Source: a virus (lineage: Duplodnaviria; Caudoviricetes). From it: 58,702 bases of DNA. The position numbers and the translations under genes were made by a program. The DNA lies in IMG/VR virus record IMGVR_UViG_3300032243_001266, positions 1-58,702 of that record; one strand, written 5' to 3'. Shown piece after piece: positions 38,658 to 48,142 of this stretch. The notes under the pieces are model-generated. The model was given only the letters and a program-made list of their open reading frames with translations. It made no database searches and was not told where the DNA came from. Position 1 is the stretch's first letter. Every line of letters starts with the position of its first letter.

Positions 38658-39041
38658 TTAGCTCAATGTAAGCATATATTGAGTTCTTGCAAACAATCCA
38701 CTAAGGTCTTGTGCCTTATTTGAAATGTCGCAATATTCTTTACTTGATGCCCATTTTTCAAGCTCATAAGCAAACTGCATACCTTCTTTTACTAAAAAAG
38801 ATACGGCATCTGCACTATAAGTTGGAAATTCATCAAGCTTTGCTTTGCCTATTCTTTTGCCATTTTGATATCCCATGAGGATTTCCAAAATGTCATCTTT
38901 AATGTCATCTAAACCTTGGTAAAGTTTTTGAAGAGCCTTATGCTCTGCATAAGAACGAGTGTCAAGATGCAGACTGTGTGCCGATGTTTGAAAAGAAAAC
39001 AATTTACCTTTAATTATCTCTGGTGTGATTGTCATTGCCAT
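38658..39041 (-). CDS. ferritin/Dps-like four-helix protein (DUF5856-like)
   Basis: AHSLHLDTRSYAEHKALQKLY...DDILE...YMLTLS. Confidence 0.7.
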   Translation of the reverse strand: MAMTITPEIIKGKLFSFQTSAHSLHLDTRSYAEHKALQKLYQGLDDIKDDILEILMGYQNGKRIGKAKLDEFPTYSADAVSFLVKEGMQFAYELEKWASSKEYCDISNKAQDLSGLFARTQYMLTLS

Positions 39042-39042
39042 T

Positions 39043-39396
39043 TTATGATATTTTAGCTAACATTACTAATATTTTATTGGCAGTTACGCCTCCTGTTCCA
39101 TCTAACTTTATATATCTACCAACTACAGGAAATCTAATAATTGTATTAGCGGCAGATTGAATAATATCTGAGCCTGTTGATAAATCAGTTCCCAATATTG
39201 AATAATAATTTTGAGAAGATACTATACTGCCATCTGAAACACTTTGTATTGCTCCGCTATCAATAGTAGCATAAAAATAAATGTCCGATGTTGGACTTAT
39301 AAATTGAACTAAAGCATAATCATAATTGCTGGTTTCAAATTCACAATAATGATTTTCATTAAATTGTTCAGTAAGATCTAAATATTGTGCTAACAT
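39043..39396 (-). CDS. putative virion protein, paralog of 39400-39780
   Basis: MLAQYLDLTEQF...SNYDY...VVGRYI...LVMLAKIS. Confidence 0.65.
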   Translation of the reverse strand: MLAQYLDLTEQFNENHYCEFETSNYDYALVQFISPTSDIYFYATIDSGAIQSVSDGSIVSSQNYYSILGTDLSTGSDIIQSAANTIIRFPVVGRYIKLDGTGGVTANKILVMLAKIS

Positions 39397-39399
39397 TTT

Positions 39400-39780
39400 T
39401 TATGATATTTTGGATAACATGACTAATAATTTATCTACTTGTGGCGCTTGGCCTCCAGATTCAATATTTATATATTTACCTACAACACCAAATTTTATAG
39501 TTGCTGTTCCAGAAAGATTTCCAATAGATCCATTATTTAACTTGCCTTGCACAGCAACAAAACTATTTGGATATATAACATGAGTCCCAGCAGATGTAGC
39601 ATTGCCATCACTAACCCCGGTTATAGCATTACCATCCAACGTTGCGGTTATTAATATTGGATTAAGTGCATTAACTGATTGAATAATAGTATAATCATAA
39701 TTACTTACATCAATCGTAATACTATCGCCTGTATTTAATAACCTAAATTGGTCTGTTAAATCTAAGTATTGAGCTAACAT
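39400..39780 (-). CDS. putative virion protein, paralog of 39043-39396
   Basis: MLAQYLDLTDQF...SNYDY...VVGKYI...LVMLSKIS. Confidence 0.65.
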   Translation of the reverse strand: MLAQYLDLTDQFRLLNTGDSITIDVSNYDYTIIQSVNALNPILITATLDGNAITGVSDGNATSAGTHVIYPNSFVAVQGKLNNGSIGNLSGTATIKFGVVGKYINIESGGQAPQVDKLLVMLSKIS

Positions 39781-39789
39781 TTTTTATTT

Positions 39790-40065
39790 TTAAATAGTTA
39801 CTACAACGGTATCTGCTGCATTAAGATATCCAGGTATTGATCCGTGGCAATCAAAATTTGGTTGAAGCGGAGTAATTTCAAAACTATTTCCAAAATAATC
39901 AACAGATTGAACTAATGCGTTAGCGCCTGTTGCAGTTATTCCGCAAAGTGCGCCAACTTGAACATCTTGCAAATTAGAATTTTCGGTACTACCTAATGTA
40001 ACTTTTACCGATTGTCCTCTCAAAGCTTGAGAAGCTACTGTGTTTATTAAAGTTATGAATGCCAT
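39790..40065 (-). CDS. small putative structural protein
   Basis: 91 aa, beta-rich, in head module. Confidence 0.6.
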   Translation of the reverse strand: MAFITLINTVASQALRGQSVKVTLGSTENSNLQDVQVGALCGITATGANALVQSVDYFGNSFEITPLQPNFDCHGSIPGYLNAADTVVVTI

Positions 40066-40229
40066 TATTTTTTATTTTTAATTGTCATTTTTGCTTTTAC
40101 TATTTTGCCAGGAAGTTTCATTCCTTTGCTTTCTTTATCCCATTCAGCTACTTTCTTTGCTCCACCTAACGCTTCCATTCCTTTTTCAGTATGCGCCCAT
40201 TTTCTTTGTTGTTCTGATTTGTAAGGCAT
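40065..40229 (-). CDS. small basic phage protein (54 aa, not in ORF track)
   Basis: MPYKSEQQRKWAHTEKGMEALGGAKKVAEWDKESKGMKLPGKIVKAKMTIKNKK; TAATG overlap with next gene. Confidence 0.7.
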   Translation of the reverse strand: MPYKSEQQRKWAHTEKGMEALGGAKKVAEWDKESKGMKLPGKIVKAKMTIKNKK

Positions 40230-40239
40230 ATTATTTATT

Positions 40240-42717
40240 TTATTCTGTTACTTGTTCTTCTTGCATTTCTTCTTGTGGCTGCTCTTGCATTTCTTCTTGC
40301 GGAGCTTCTTGCATTTGTTCTTCGCCACCTTCTTGTGGCATTCCTTCTTCCTGCATTCCCTCTTGCCCACCTTGTTGCATTTGTTGAGCTTGTTGAGCCA
40401 TCATAGCCATTTGCTGTGCTTGACTTACCGCGCCAACTGTATGTCCAAGATTTTCTGCAAATAAAGGTAATGCAATATTTTTAATAACTTCAGCCTCAAG
40501 TGGCTTCAATTCTTCTGGAACTTCAAGCCCTTTTGCATAAATATTAAACAAGCCGCTTACCATTTCCTTTTTCAAGGCGTTTGCGGTTTCCATGTCGCTT
40601 ATTTGCTTTTTAACTTCAAGCTCCATTTCAAGAGATTTTCTTCGTTCTTGCTCTGCCATTTGAGCCGATTGCATTTGACCTTGAATAGTCATTTGCTGAT
40701 TCATCATAGCTTGTTGTTGCTGAGCCTCCATCATCTTCTTCATGGATATTCTATAATACTCTTCGCCCAACTTAACATCCTCCTTGGCTATTCTCATTAT
40801 CTTAAATGTATCAACATATAGCGCCAATTGTGGATTAGAAGCTATTGCTTGATTCATTATCTGGTAAAGCGACATTATCTCTTGACCGGTAGGAAGTATT
40901 CTTACATCTGAATTAAATACCCTTGACTTAATATCTTTCTCTTCCAACAAATGTCTGTAAGCAGATGCTCCATATTCAACGGACTTATGAAGCAGACAAC
41001 AAATTTTCTTTGCCGTTTGCTTCATACATTCTACATACGCATTATACATATAATCGGTTGCGTTAGCAGCGACTTGTTGCGCAGTATCAATGTTGCCCGA
41101 TGTTACCCTTGGTTGTAAGGCTTGAGAGGCAAGATTTGGGTCCTCCCCTAATTCGTCCTTAAGAACGGAATAGTGGAATTGGTATAATTGGATAAGCCCT
41201 TGCATTTGTGGCAAGAACCCAGAGTTGCTTAATTCGGTAATAGGAACAGGAACTTGATTTCCCTCGGCATCTCTACCTCTGTAATAAAGCGTACCCGTTT
41301 GGTCATAAAGCTTCATTACATCTATCGTCTTGTTCGCTTCTCCCAAACCATAATCAATTGATTGAAGAGCATCCCAATTAATCAAGGCTCCTGTTGGTCG
41401 CATTTTAGCAACAAGTTGTTGCATTTTCAAACGAGCAAGAATCATTTGATCTGAAGGCTCTTCTATTTTTTCCGGAACGGCAAGATTTGTAAGAGAATAG
41501 TTTTGATACATATAAAAGGAATAGGAGAACTCTGCGTTTCCTGCTTCCTTTGGATCTTGAGGACGAATCATGTTTCTTTTCAATCCCCACTCAAGCATAA
41601 TTTGCTTAACCCTTACCATTACGCCTCTGTAAATATTGTATTTTGATTCATCTACCGTTTCTTCATTTTCACCTTTCTTTTCGTCAGTTGCTTTTTTTAA
41701 TATTGTGCTTTTATTCTTTTTTGTAGTAACAACTTTATACTTATCGGTATCAACTGATTTTATTTCAAAATCAAGCACATCTACGTTAAACTCATCGTAT
41801 GGTCTGAAGAATGTTATATTCCAATTCACATCCCAACGAATCTTATCATTATATTGAAAATCTTTAGAAGTTGCTGCAATTTCCCAAAGTTGTTCTTCTG
41901 TAAGATTGCCTCCAAATTCTTTTCCATATTTTCTCCTAAGTTCACTAATCTTCATTGACTTTACTTGTCCTCTCCAACTTGTGTCTCTCAAGTCTGCATA
42001 TTCAGAATAAGAATATATTGCGTTCTCCGGTTTTACATAATCAACATGAATAACACCTTGCTCATCCATCCATGTGTAAGTGCCAACAAATCCAACCTCA
42101 GCGCTATCGTGAAGCATTTTTTCTTTCAAAACATCAAACCAACCATTACTATTTAGAATGTCATTGCAAGCTGTTTCGTAAAGAATTTCTTCTGGTAATT
42201 TTTGATATTGTTTTACCCACAGATTAAGCTCATCTTTTGTTTCTGGAATTTCTTTGTCTGGAGTTATTTTCATTCCAGATTTTTGTTCAAGATCCTCAAG
42301 CATTTTTCTATTGGCAATAAGAAAATCTATTTCTTTGTACTCGTCAATTTTTTCTTTTTGAGAAAGATTATCAACTGCTTGAATTTGAACCTTTTCATTT
42401 CTCTGCATCCATCTTCCAACAAGTCCCGAAATAATTCTATTTACAATTCTTATGGATTGCCAATTTATGTTAGCGTAGTTTACCTTACCATTGAAATCAA
42501 GCAAGTCTTGAAACTTACCCATATTAACTCTACCATTAGCAGAGTTTCTATTTAATTTATATCGGTTGTTTCTTGTCCAATAGTAAGAGCTAATTCCTCC
42601 ACCTAAAGTAGAGTCAATATATTGCGCAACTTTTAATCCGTATGAGGAATCTGATTTATCTTTTATAGACAAATCATTTAGTTGGAACTCTTTTAGTATT
42701 GTGCCTGTTCTTTCCAT
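40240..42717 (-). CDS. portal protein (crAss-like type)
   Basis: ~825 aa after terminase, Q/E/M-rich C-terminal tail; start refined from GTG 42732 (inside a hairpin) to ATG 42717. Confidence 0.85.
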   Translation of the reverse strand: MERTGTILKEFQLNDLSIKDKSDSSYGLKVAQYIDSTLGGGISSYYWTRNNRYKLNRNSANGRVNMGKFQDLLDFNGKVNYANINWQSIRIVNRIISGLVGRWMQRNEKVQIQAVDNLSQKEKIDEYKEIDFLIANRKMLEDLEQKSGMKITPDKEIPETKDELNLWVKQYQKLPEEILYETACNDILNSNGWFDVLKEKMLHDSAEVGFVGTYTWMDEQGVIHVDYVKPENAIYSYSEYADLRDTSWRGQVKSMKISELRRKYGKEFGGNLTEEQLWEIAATSKDFQYNDKIRWDVNWNITFFRPYDEFNVDVLDFEIKSVDTDKYKVVTTKKNKSTILKKATDEKKGENEETVDESKYNIYRGVMVRVKQIMLEWGLKRNMIRPQDPKEAGNAEFSYSFYMYQNYSLTNLAVPEKIEEPSDQMILARLKMQQLVAKMRPTGALINWDALQSIDYGLGEANKTIDVMKLYDQTGTLYYRGRDAEGNQVPVPITELSNSGFLPQMQGLIQLYQFHYSVLKDELGEDPNLASQALQPRVTSGNIDTAQQVAANATDYMYNAYVECMKQTAKKICCLLHKSVEYGASAYRHLLEEKDIKSRVFNSDVRILPTGQEIMSLYQIMNQAIASNPQLALYVDTFKIMRIAKEDVKLGEEYYRISMKKMMEAQQQQAMMNQQMTIQGQMQSAQMAEQERRKSLEMELEVKKQISDMETANALKKEMVSGLFNIYAKGLEVPEELKPLEAEVIKNIALPLFAENLGHTVGAVSQAQQMAMMAQQAQQMQQGGQEGMQEEGMPQEGGEEQMQEAPQEEMQEQPQEEMQEEQVTE

Positions 42718-42721
42718 ATAT

Positions 42722-42751
42722 AAAAAAACCACTAACCCGCAAGGTTAATGG
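42722..42751 (-). terminator. terminator-like hairpin in portal leader
   Basis: CCATTAACC-TTGCG-GGTTAGTGG followed by T7, four nt before the portal ATG. Confidence 0.65.
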
Positions 42752-42827
42752 ATTTGTTATTTTAATTTATTAAAGCCTTCACAAGATTTTATTTTGGATT
42801 TAGCTAAAATTAACCCACTCCGTAAGC

Positions 42828-42835
42828 CAAATATA
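42828..42835 (-). promoter_or_regulatory. Bacteroidota -7 promoter box for portal/capsid operon
   Basis: TATATTTG on - strand in terminase-portal spacer. Confidence 0.55.
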
Positions 42836-42870
42836 TCATATTTTAAATTAACAAACATTTTTTTATTAAA

Positions 42871-44946
42871 CTAAATTACAGAAACCTTAGAACCTTGGTA
42901 AACTCTGATAAGTGGCGATTGCGGAGATTTTGGTACAATGATAGGCTCAAGGCTACTCACAAGAGTTATCATTGCACTAACCGTTCTATCCGATGGAGTA
43001 CGTTTGTAAGGTCTAAATTTAAGCAAATCTTCCAAAAGCTCTTCGTAATATATTTTGTTGTAATGATGTTCAATATATGTGGACATTGCGTCATTTTGTT
43101 TCGTAAGCGCGAATTCGGTTGTCGGAAATCCAAAATGCCTATCAACCTTATCATTTCTGAGTTTTATTGGGTCTATTGAATTTTTAGGGAATCTTCCCAA
43201 ATATGCAACCCTACCCCTATTTTTAAAGTAGGTATAATAATCATCCGACACAAATTCAAAGTATGTTGGGAAACTCATGTACTCAGAACAAAGCAGAATT
43301 TGGTTGTACATATCGTCCTTTTCATTTGGTCTGCCATAGATATGTCCGCCAAAAAGCCCAGTATTTTCTGGGTTTGTAATGTCATATTTGATGAAATACC
43401 ATCCCGACAACTTGGAGCCATACTCCTTCCCACCTTGCGTATTTGAATATCCATCCACCCCAATAACACCAATATCGGCTCTTGTCGGAGTTCTTACTCC
43501 TGCATCTAATCTGAATTTATTATCTTCTCCAGCAGGCGGAAGTACTAATACCTTCCAATATAATTCTGTTTTTTCTGGATCAACATCTCGCCACTTTACT
43601 TTTTGAGTATCTAAATCCCTATAAAAATGAAGATATCTGAAACGAGATACTGGTGTTTGCCTAAGATAAGCAAGCTGGGCATTAATGTTTTGGCTATTAA
43701 AAATGCAGTTATCGCCATCGTCACTAAAGGCCTCTTCTATTGTTCTAGCTTCCTTCTTAATACGTTTTGCAAGCGAACGAACGTTATGCTTTACTGATTC
43801 TCGGTCTGCAAGTATTTCCTTTACTGTTTTCTCAACATCCGGGAAACCATATAAGTCAAAGTTCTTTGCCCTATCGGCAGTCATAAAGAACCTATACAAA
43901 CCGCTTGGCGTTCTGCCATTTTCTTGCTTACTTAAATGGTCGCTATCATTCCAAAGATTTCGTGCGGCGTCTTGTATGCCATCCCTTTCAGTTTCAAGTT
44001 TTTCTACTGTAGAGCTATAAAGCGCTTTACCTATTATTCGCCCTTCATCATCAAGCAAACAATAACGAATCACCTCATGCCTATCGTAAATATTGACCTC
44101 CGTAGTTTTAGCCCACTCATCACTAAAATATCGCTGTATTTTTTGACCATCATAATGGATAGTGTCGGCACTTCCCCAATCTATCATTGAACCAAGTTCT
44201 TCTTTATCAAGATTATCTTCAGCCTTCTTACCCCTAAGATTTGTTTGCTGGAATCTTATTTCCGATTTTGGAGTAATACCCAGGCTTGTATCGTATTCTG
44301 GTCTAAAAAATCTTGGTAGTTTTTTAAACGGAGATATAAGCGCTTTTGCAAAAACCTTTTTAGCGTCATTACCGGTTTTGCTTTGGATGCCCGCATTTGT
44401 CATCCTTGTCCTTGTGGTGTACTCGTATAAGAACAAACCACCCCTATAAGTTTTACCAAAGCGGCGCTTAGTTATCTCAAGCATACCCATGCAGTTTGGG
44501 TCCTCTATAACGTACTGCAAAAAGTAAAAATATTCTAAATCTGGAGAGCGAAATCTTGGATAACCAACGTCAATCTGCCACCATTGCATATACATATAGT
44601 GCGCTCCTGTTATGTACGTTGGAGCGCCATTGTTCATAAACCAAAAGCCATTAAGCCTTCTATCCCATTCTTGTTTTTTGTATTCTTCTAATTTAGCATC
44701 ATAAAAAGCAGGGTCATCTTCTTTCCTTTTCTTCTCATACGCTTCTTCTTTCTTCATGGTTTCTTTGTACCATGATGGCAATGGAGTTCTTTCCCAATAT
44801 TGGTCTTTGGGATTATCGGAGCGTTTATGAACTCCGCGATATTCAAGTAACCTTGTTGCAAAATTAAAAACATACCCTTCTGGGGGTATGTTACATTGCA
44901 GTCCTTGAATGTCAATTACTTTTCCGCCTTCTATTGTATTAAACAT
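42871..44946 (-). CDS. terL: terminase large subunit
   Basis: Walker A-like TKRRFGKT, Walker B FSDE, SST coupling motif, nuclease IGVDGYS and C-terminal SDRTVS; start refined to ATG 44946. Confidence 0.9.
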   Translation of the reverse strand: MFNTIEGGKVIDIQGLQCNIPPEGYVFNFATRLLEYRGVHKRSDNPKDQYWERTPLPSWYKETMKKEEAYEKKRKEDDPAFYDAKLEEYKKQEWDRRLNGFWFMNNGAPTYITGAHYMYMQWWQIDVGYPRFRSPDLEYFYFLQYVIEDPNCMGMLEITKRRFGKTYRGGLFLYEYTTRTRMTNAGIQSKTGNDAKKVFAKALISPFKKLPRFFRPEYDTSLGITPKSEIRFQQTNLRGKKAEDNLDKEELGSMIDWGSADTIHYDGQKIQRYFSDEWAKTTEVNIYDRHEVIRYCLLDDEGRIIGKALYSSTVEKLETERDGIQDAARNLWNDSDHLSKQENGRTPSGLYRFFMTADRAKNFDLYGFPDVEKTVKEILADRESVKHNVRSLAKRIKKEARTIEEAFSDDGDNCIFNSQNINAQLAYLRQTPVSRFRYLHFYRDLDTQKVKWRDVDPEKTELYWKVLVLPPAGEDNKFRLDAGVRTPTRADIGVIGVDGYSNTQGGKEYGSKLSGWYFIKYDITNPENTGLFGGHIYGRPNEKDDMYNQILLCSEYMSFPTYFEFVSDDYYTYFKNRGRVAYLGRFPKNSIDPIKLRNDKVDRHFGFPTTEFALTKQNDAMSTYIEHHYNKIYYEELLEDLLKFRPYKRTPSDRTVSAMITLVSSLEPIIVPKSPQSPLIRVYQGSKVSVI

Positions 44947-45280
44947 CGTGCGCTTTGTTATCTCCAAATTGGTTGGCTATGCTTTCTGGCGTCATAATAA
45001 GATTGCTCTTATTTACATCTTTTTCTTCATCTCCTGTAATTCCAATTGCCATAGCCAATCCTGTAATAGCAGTAGTTATGGTAGAGGCGTCATTCCAAAT
45101 AATTTTCATCCTTTCAAATGTCTTGTCTTTAGGATCTCCTAAATCAAGACTATTAAGGCTTTTACTATTTAAAAGCTCCGCCATCTCATTTGCCTTTCTA
45201 TTTAAAGCATAATACAATTTTGCAGGCCCGTTTTGCTCATACAATTCAAGCCTTTTTCTTATTTCTTGCAAGCTATCCAC
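44939..45280 (-). CDS. putative terminase small subunit
   Basis: 113-aa helical protein overlapping terL start; positional call. Confidence 0.45.
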   Translation of the reverse strand: MDSLQEIRKRLELYEQNGPAKLYYALNRKANEMAELLNSKSLNSLDLGDPKDKTFERMKIIWNDASTITTAITGLAMAIGITGDEEKDVNKSNLIMTPESIANQFGDNKAHDV

Positions 45281-45287
45281 AAAAATA

Positions 45288-45953
45288 TTATTCCATTACG
45301 CTTTTTGTTACTTTTACTCTTACAGTTTTTCCTGCGGGAGCTTGTGTTTGTGTTTTTGCAGATTCAATAGTTTCTCTGCTTGGCGCTTGAGTTTGTACAG
45401 GCCCCACGAAGTTGTTTTGCGCTTCCCTTTTCTTTTTTATATTTCTAATATAAATATCAGCTATTGAAGAAGCTGATGAAGGAATCATATTCGCTAAACT
45501 GCCGCCAGACGATTTCAAATCTTGAAATATTTTTGGAGATGCTGGCCCATCAATAATTGATTTTACTGCTGCGGTAGCAGAACCAATATCAATTGGAACA
45601 TTTGCATTATCTAATTTATTCAAAATGTCTTTTACTGCCGTGGAATACATTTGATGAGCGCCAGAAGATCCAAAATTAACATCACCAGATTCATTAACAC
45701 TTGTTTCTCCGCTACCAGATTTTAATCTACCAAGTTCACCGGCATAAGCATCTTGCGGCATTTCTTTTTTCATAAAAACTGTAACATCATCATAAACTCC
45801 TTTCCCCCCTGTATTACTGCCAAGCAAATAATCTCCAAGTCCAATGGATGGAGTTTTTGCTTGTTGCGCAGCTCTAACTATTGCGCCTGCCGCTGGTGTA
45901 ACAGGGGCGGAACGGACCATATTTTTTTCTACTTTTTTCTTTGTTTCTGACAT
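45288..45953 (-). CDS. hypothetical protein
   Basis: 221 aa, A/S/G-rich, no motif recognised. Confidence 0.65.
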   Translation of the reverse strand: MSETKKKVEKNMVRSAPVTPAAGAIVRAAQQAKTPSIGLGDYLLGSNTGGKGVYDDVTVFMKKEMPQDAYAGELGRLKSGSGETSVNESGDVNFGSSGAHQMYSTAVKDILNKLDNANVPIDIGSATAAVKSIIDGPASPKIFQDLKSSGGSLANMIPSSASSIADIYIRNIKKKREAQNNFVGPVQTQAPSRETIESAKTQTQAPAGKTVRVKVTKSVME

Positions 45954-45964
45954 TTTATTAGATT

Positions 45965-46771
45965 TTATAGTGTAAATATAATGTATTTTGCATCAGATTT
46001 AGATACGCCTACCATTAAATTTTTATCTTTTACTTCTTTGGTAAGTTGTTTGTCAATAGCAATTACCTCTTCTCTTTCATTTATTTCATTCTCAAAGTGG
46101 CGACATCTAATAATCCTTTCCTCTCTTCCGTCCTTTCCCATATAGATAATTTCGTAGTCGCAAGCTTTTAGGGTTTTTACTACTTTGCCCTTTAGCTCTC
46201 CAGATGTAATGTAAAGAACGTCTTTTATTTTTTCTGGCTCAATCCCCACTATTGGCCCTTGGTATTCTTTGAAAACTCTAAGTCCCGTTGCATAATTTTT
46301 CAAAGGCTGCCATTGAGATTCATTATCTTTCCAAAGATAACATTGTTCTTCGGGAATAGAATAATATCTAACCGTGGTCATATCTTCTCCAAATCCAAAT
46401 ATCTTGTTGGTATCGTTGATTGCGTTGGGATGAATAAGGATTTCAACGCCTCTTGGAATATATTCCGCATCCACAACGAAAGCATTTACTGGTTCCGTTT
46501 CTCTGCGGTTCAAGTTATTGAATTGACGGCCTATGTATATTTTTTGTCCACTTTCAAAAGTATGACTATTTTTTTCTTCAAGGTTTATTGATATAATTAC
46601 CTTCCCTTTTACATGATAAAGTTGCGGAAGCTCGCTTATTTTCTTCTTATTAAGCTCGTCTATTTTTTTAGCGTGTAATCTTAGTTTTCTTTGCTTTTCA
46701 GCCTCAAGATGCTTTATTTGACTTTTTGTCAAAGAGCTTGTTTCAATCAAATCAAAATACTTCTTATTCAT
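45965..46771 (-). CDS. hypothetical protein, possibly tandem GroES-like domains
   Basis: KVIISI...SGQKIYI...AFVV...GVEILIH...YYSIPEEQCY, then a second similar beta-rich unit. Confidence 0.45.
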   Translation of the reverse strand: MNKKYFDLIETSSLTKSQIKHLEAEKQRKLRLHAKKIDELNKKKISELPQLYHVKGKVIISINLEEKNSHTFESGQKIYIGRQFNNLNRRETEPVNAFVVDAEYIPRGVEILIHPNAINDTNKIFGFGEDMTTVRYYSIPEEQCYLWKDNESQWQPLKNYATGLRVFKEYQGPIVGIEPEKIKDVLYITSGELKGKVVKTLKACDYEIIYMGKDGREERIIRCRHFENEINEREEVIAIDKQLTKEVKDKNLMVGVSKSDAKYIIFTL

Positions 46772-46774
46772 AAA

Positions 46775-47548
46775 TTATGGTTTATATACTCTTTGTTTTG
46801 CCCAATCTTTTATCAATTCTGGCAATGGTTCGTCTATTGGTTTTAAATCTTCTTTTCCAAACCAAAGCTCTGGCTGAAAAATATCACTACCATCCAATTT
46901 TACATCGTGGCTCCCCATTTCAAAAACACCCTCTTGCATATTTATTACTTTAGCCTTCATTATATTTCTATCCCTAACAAACCCCATGTGATACATTCTT
47001 ATATCATTCAATGCAGAAAAATCTGCTGTTGGTACTGCAAGGCTTTCCGCATCTCCGTAAGACCTATATTGTGTTTTTGCAAGTCTTATTATTTCGGTAG
47101 AACATGGCTTTCTATCTTGAGGAACATCTAATCTCAAATAGGGGCTTTGCCAAAGATTTATTCTTGTACAGAAATAAGCATCTTCTCCAGACTGAATTAC
47201 ATCGCGAACTTTTTGATAACAATTCTCATGCAAAATTTCATCAGCTTGTTGATAAAAATTATAGTCTGTTTCCAAACGAGAAATGGCAATATCGGTAAAA
47301 TAACAAAGCTTGCTTTGCGCCTTACCCTGCTGCGCATCCCATTCTTCTTTAGGCAAATAAGTAACTAACAAATTCTTATTTTCAATCTCAAGCTGTTGTA
47401 TTATTTTTTCTGTTTCATCTTCACCTTCAACAACAACACAACTTACTTGATCACAAAATTGAAGTAATGATAATATACTTTCTCTAAAGCAATAATCATA
47501 CTTTACTCCGTTTCTTACAAATATGCTTCCGCCAAGCGTTTTACTCAT
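46775..47548 (-). CDS. glycosyltransferase, GT2-like (GT-A fold)
   Basis: GSIFVRNGVKYDYCFRESILSLL...DQV...EDET; QADE DxD-like motif; YHMGFVR. Confidence 0.85.
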   Translation of the reverse strand: MSKTLGGSIFVRNGVKYDYCFRESILSLLQFCDQVSCVVVEGEDETEKIIQQLEIENKNLLVTYLPKEEWDAQQGKAQSKLCYFTDIAISRLETDYNFYQQADEILHENCYQKVRDVIQSGEDAYFCTRINLWQSPYLRLDVPQDRKPCSTEIIRLAKTQYRSYGDAESLAVPTADFSALNDIRMYHMGFVRDRNIMKAKVINMQEGVFEMGSHDVKLDGSDIFQPELWFGKEDLKPIDEPLPELIKDWAKQRVYKP

Positions 47549-48141
47549 GATAAATGTTTTAATTCTTCTTTTACTCTTTCAAAATCTTTTTCAATGTCTT
47601 TGCAAGTCCAAAAGAAAAAAGCCCCAAGTCCATTGAACGAAAGCGTTGGATGCCATTGAGGAAATACAACGTAAGCCCATTTGCCTGGCATCATTTTTTC
47701 AAGTTTTTCGGGCGTCCAAGCAGATTTATGAGAATCTGGATTGTTATCATTAGGATCCGTTGTCATACAATATTCCCCAAGAGGCGTAAACCAAATTTGC
47801 TTCTTAGCTACTTTTGAAGTCAATTCTAAAAATTCCAATGCGTCTTTTTCTCTAAAATGTTCTATTGTATCTGTGCTAATAGAAACATCAAATTTATTTT
47901 TTTTCTTTTTCGCTTCTTTTAAATACTCAATAACATCCATCACTAACAATTCGCCTTCACCAACAAGATGCCTATCTATACAATCTACATGAAGTCTTGA
48001 TTTAAAATCCATTCTTCCGGTTTGAGGTGCGCTTCCACAAGCCAAGTCAATCATGGATTGATTTGAAATATCTCCGCATATTGCGGCCAATACTTCTATT
48101 TGAAGTTCTCCACTTCCATTTTGATTAAATTCTAATTTCAT
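47545..48141 (-). CDS. class I SAM-dependent methyltransferase
   Basis: MIDLACGS motif I, FDVSISTDTIEH, FTP, HKSAW. Confidence 0.85.
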   Translation of the reverse strand: MKLEFNQNGSGELQIEVLAAICGDISNQSMIDLACGSAPQTGRMDFKSRLHVDCIDRHLVGEGELLVMDVIEYLKEAKKKKNKFDVSISTDTIEHFREKDALEFLELTSKVAKKQIWFTPLGEYCMTTDPNDNNPDSHKSAWTPEKLEKMMPGKWAYVVFPQWHPTLSFNGLGAFFFWTCKDIEKDFERVKEELKHLS

Positions 48142-48142
48142 T

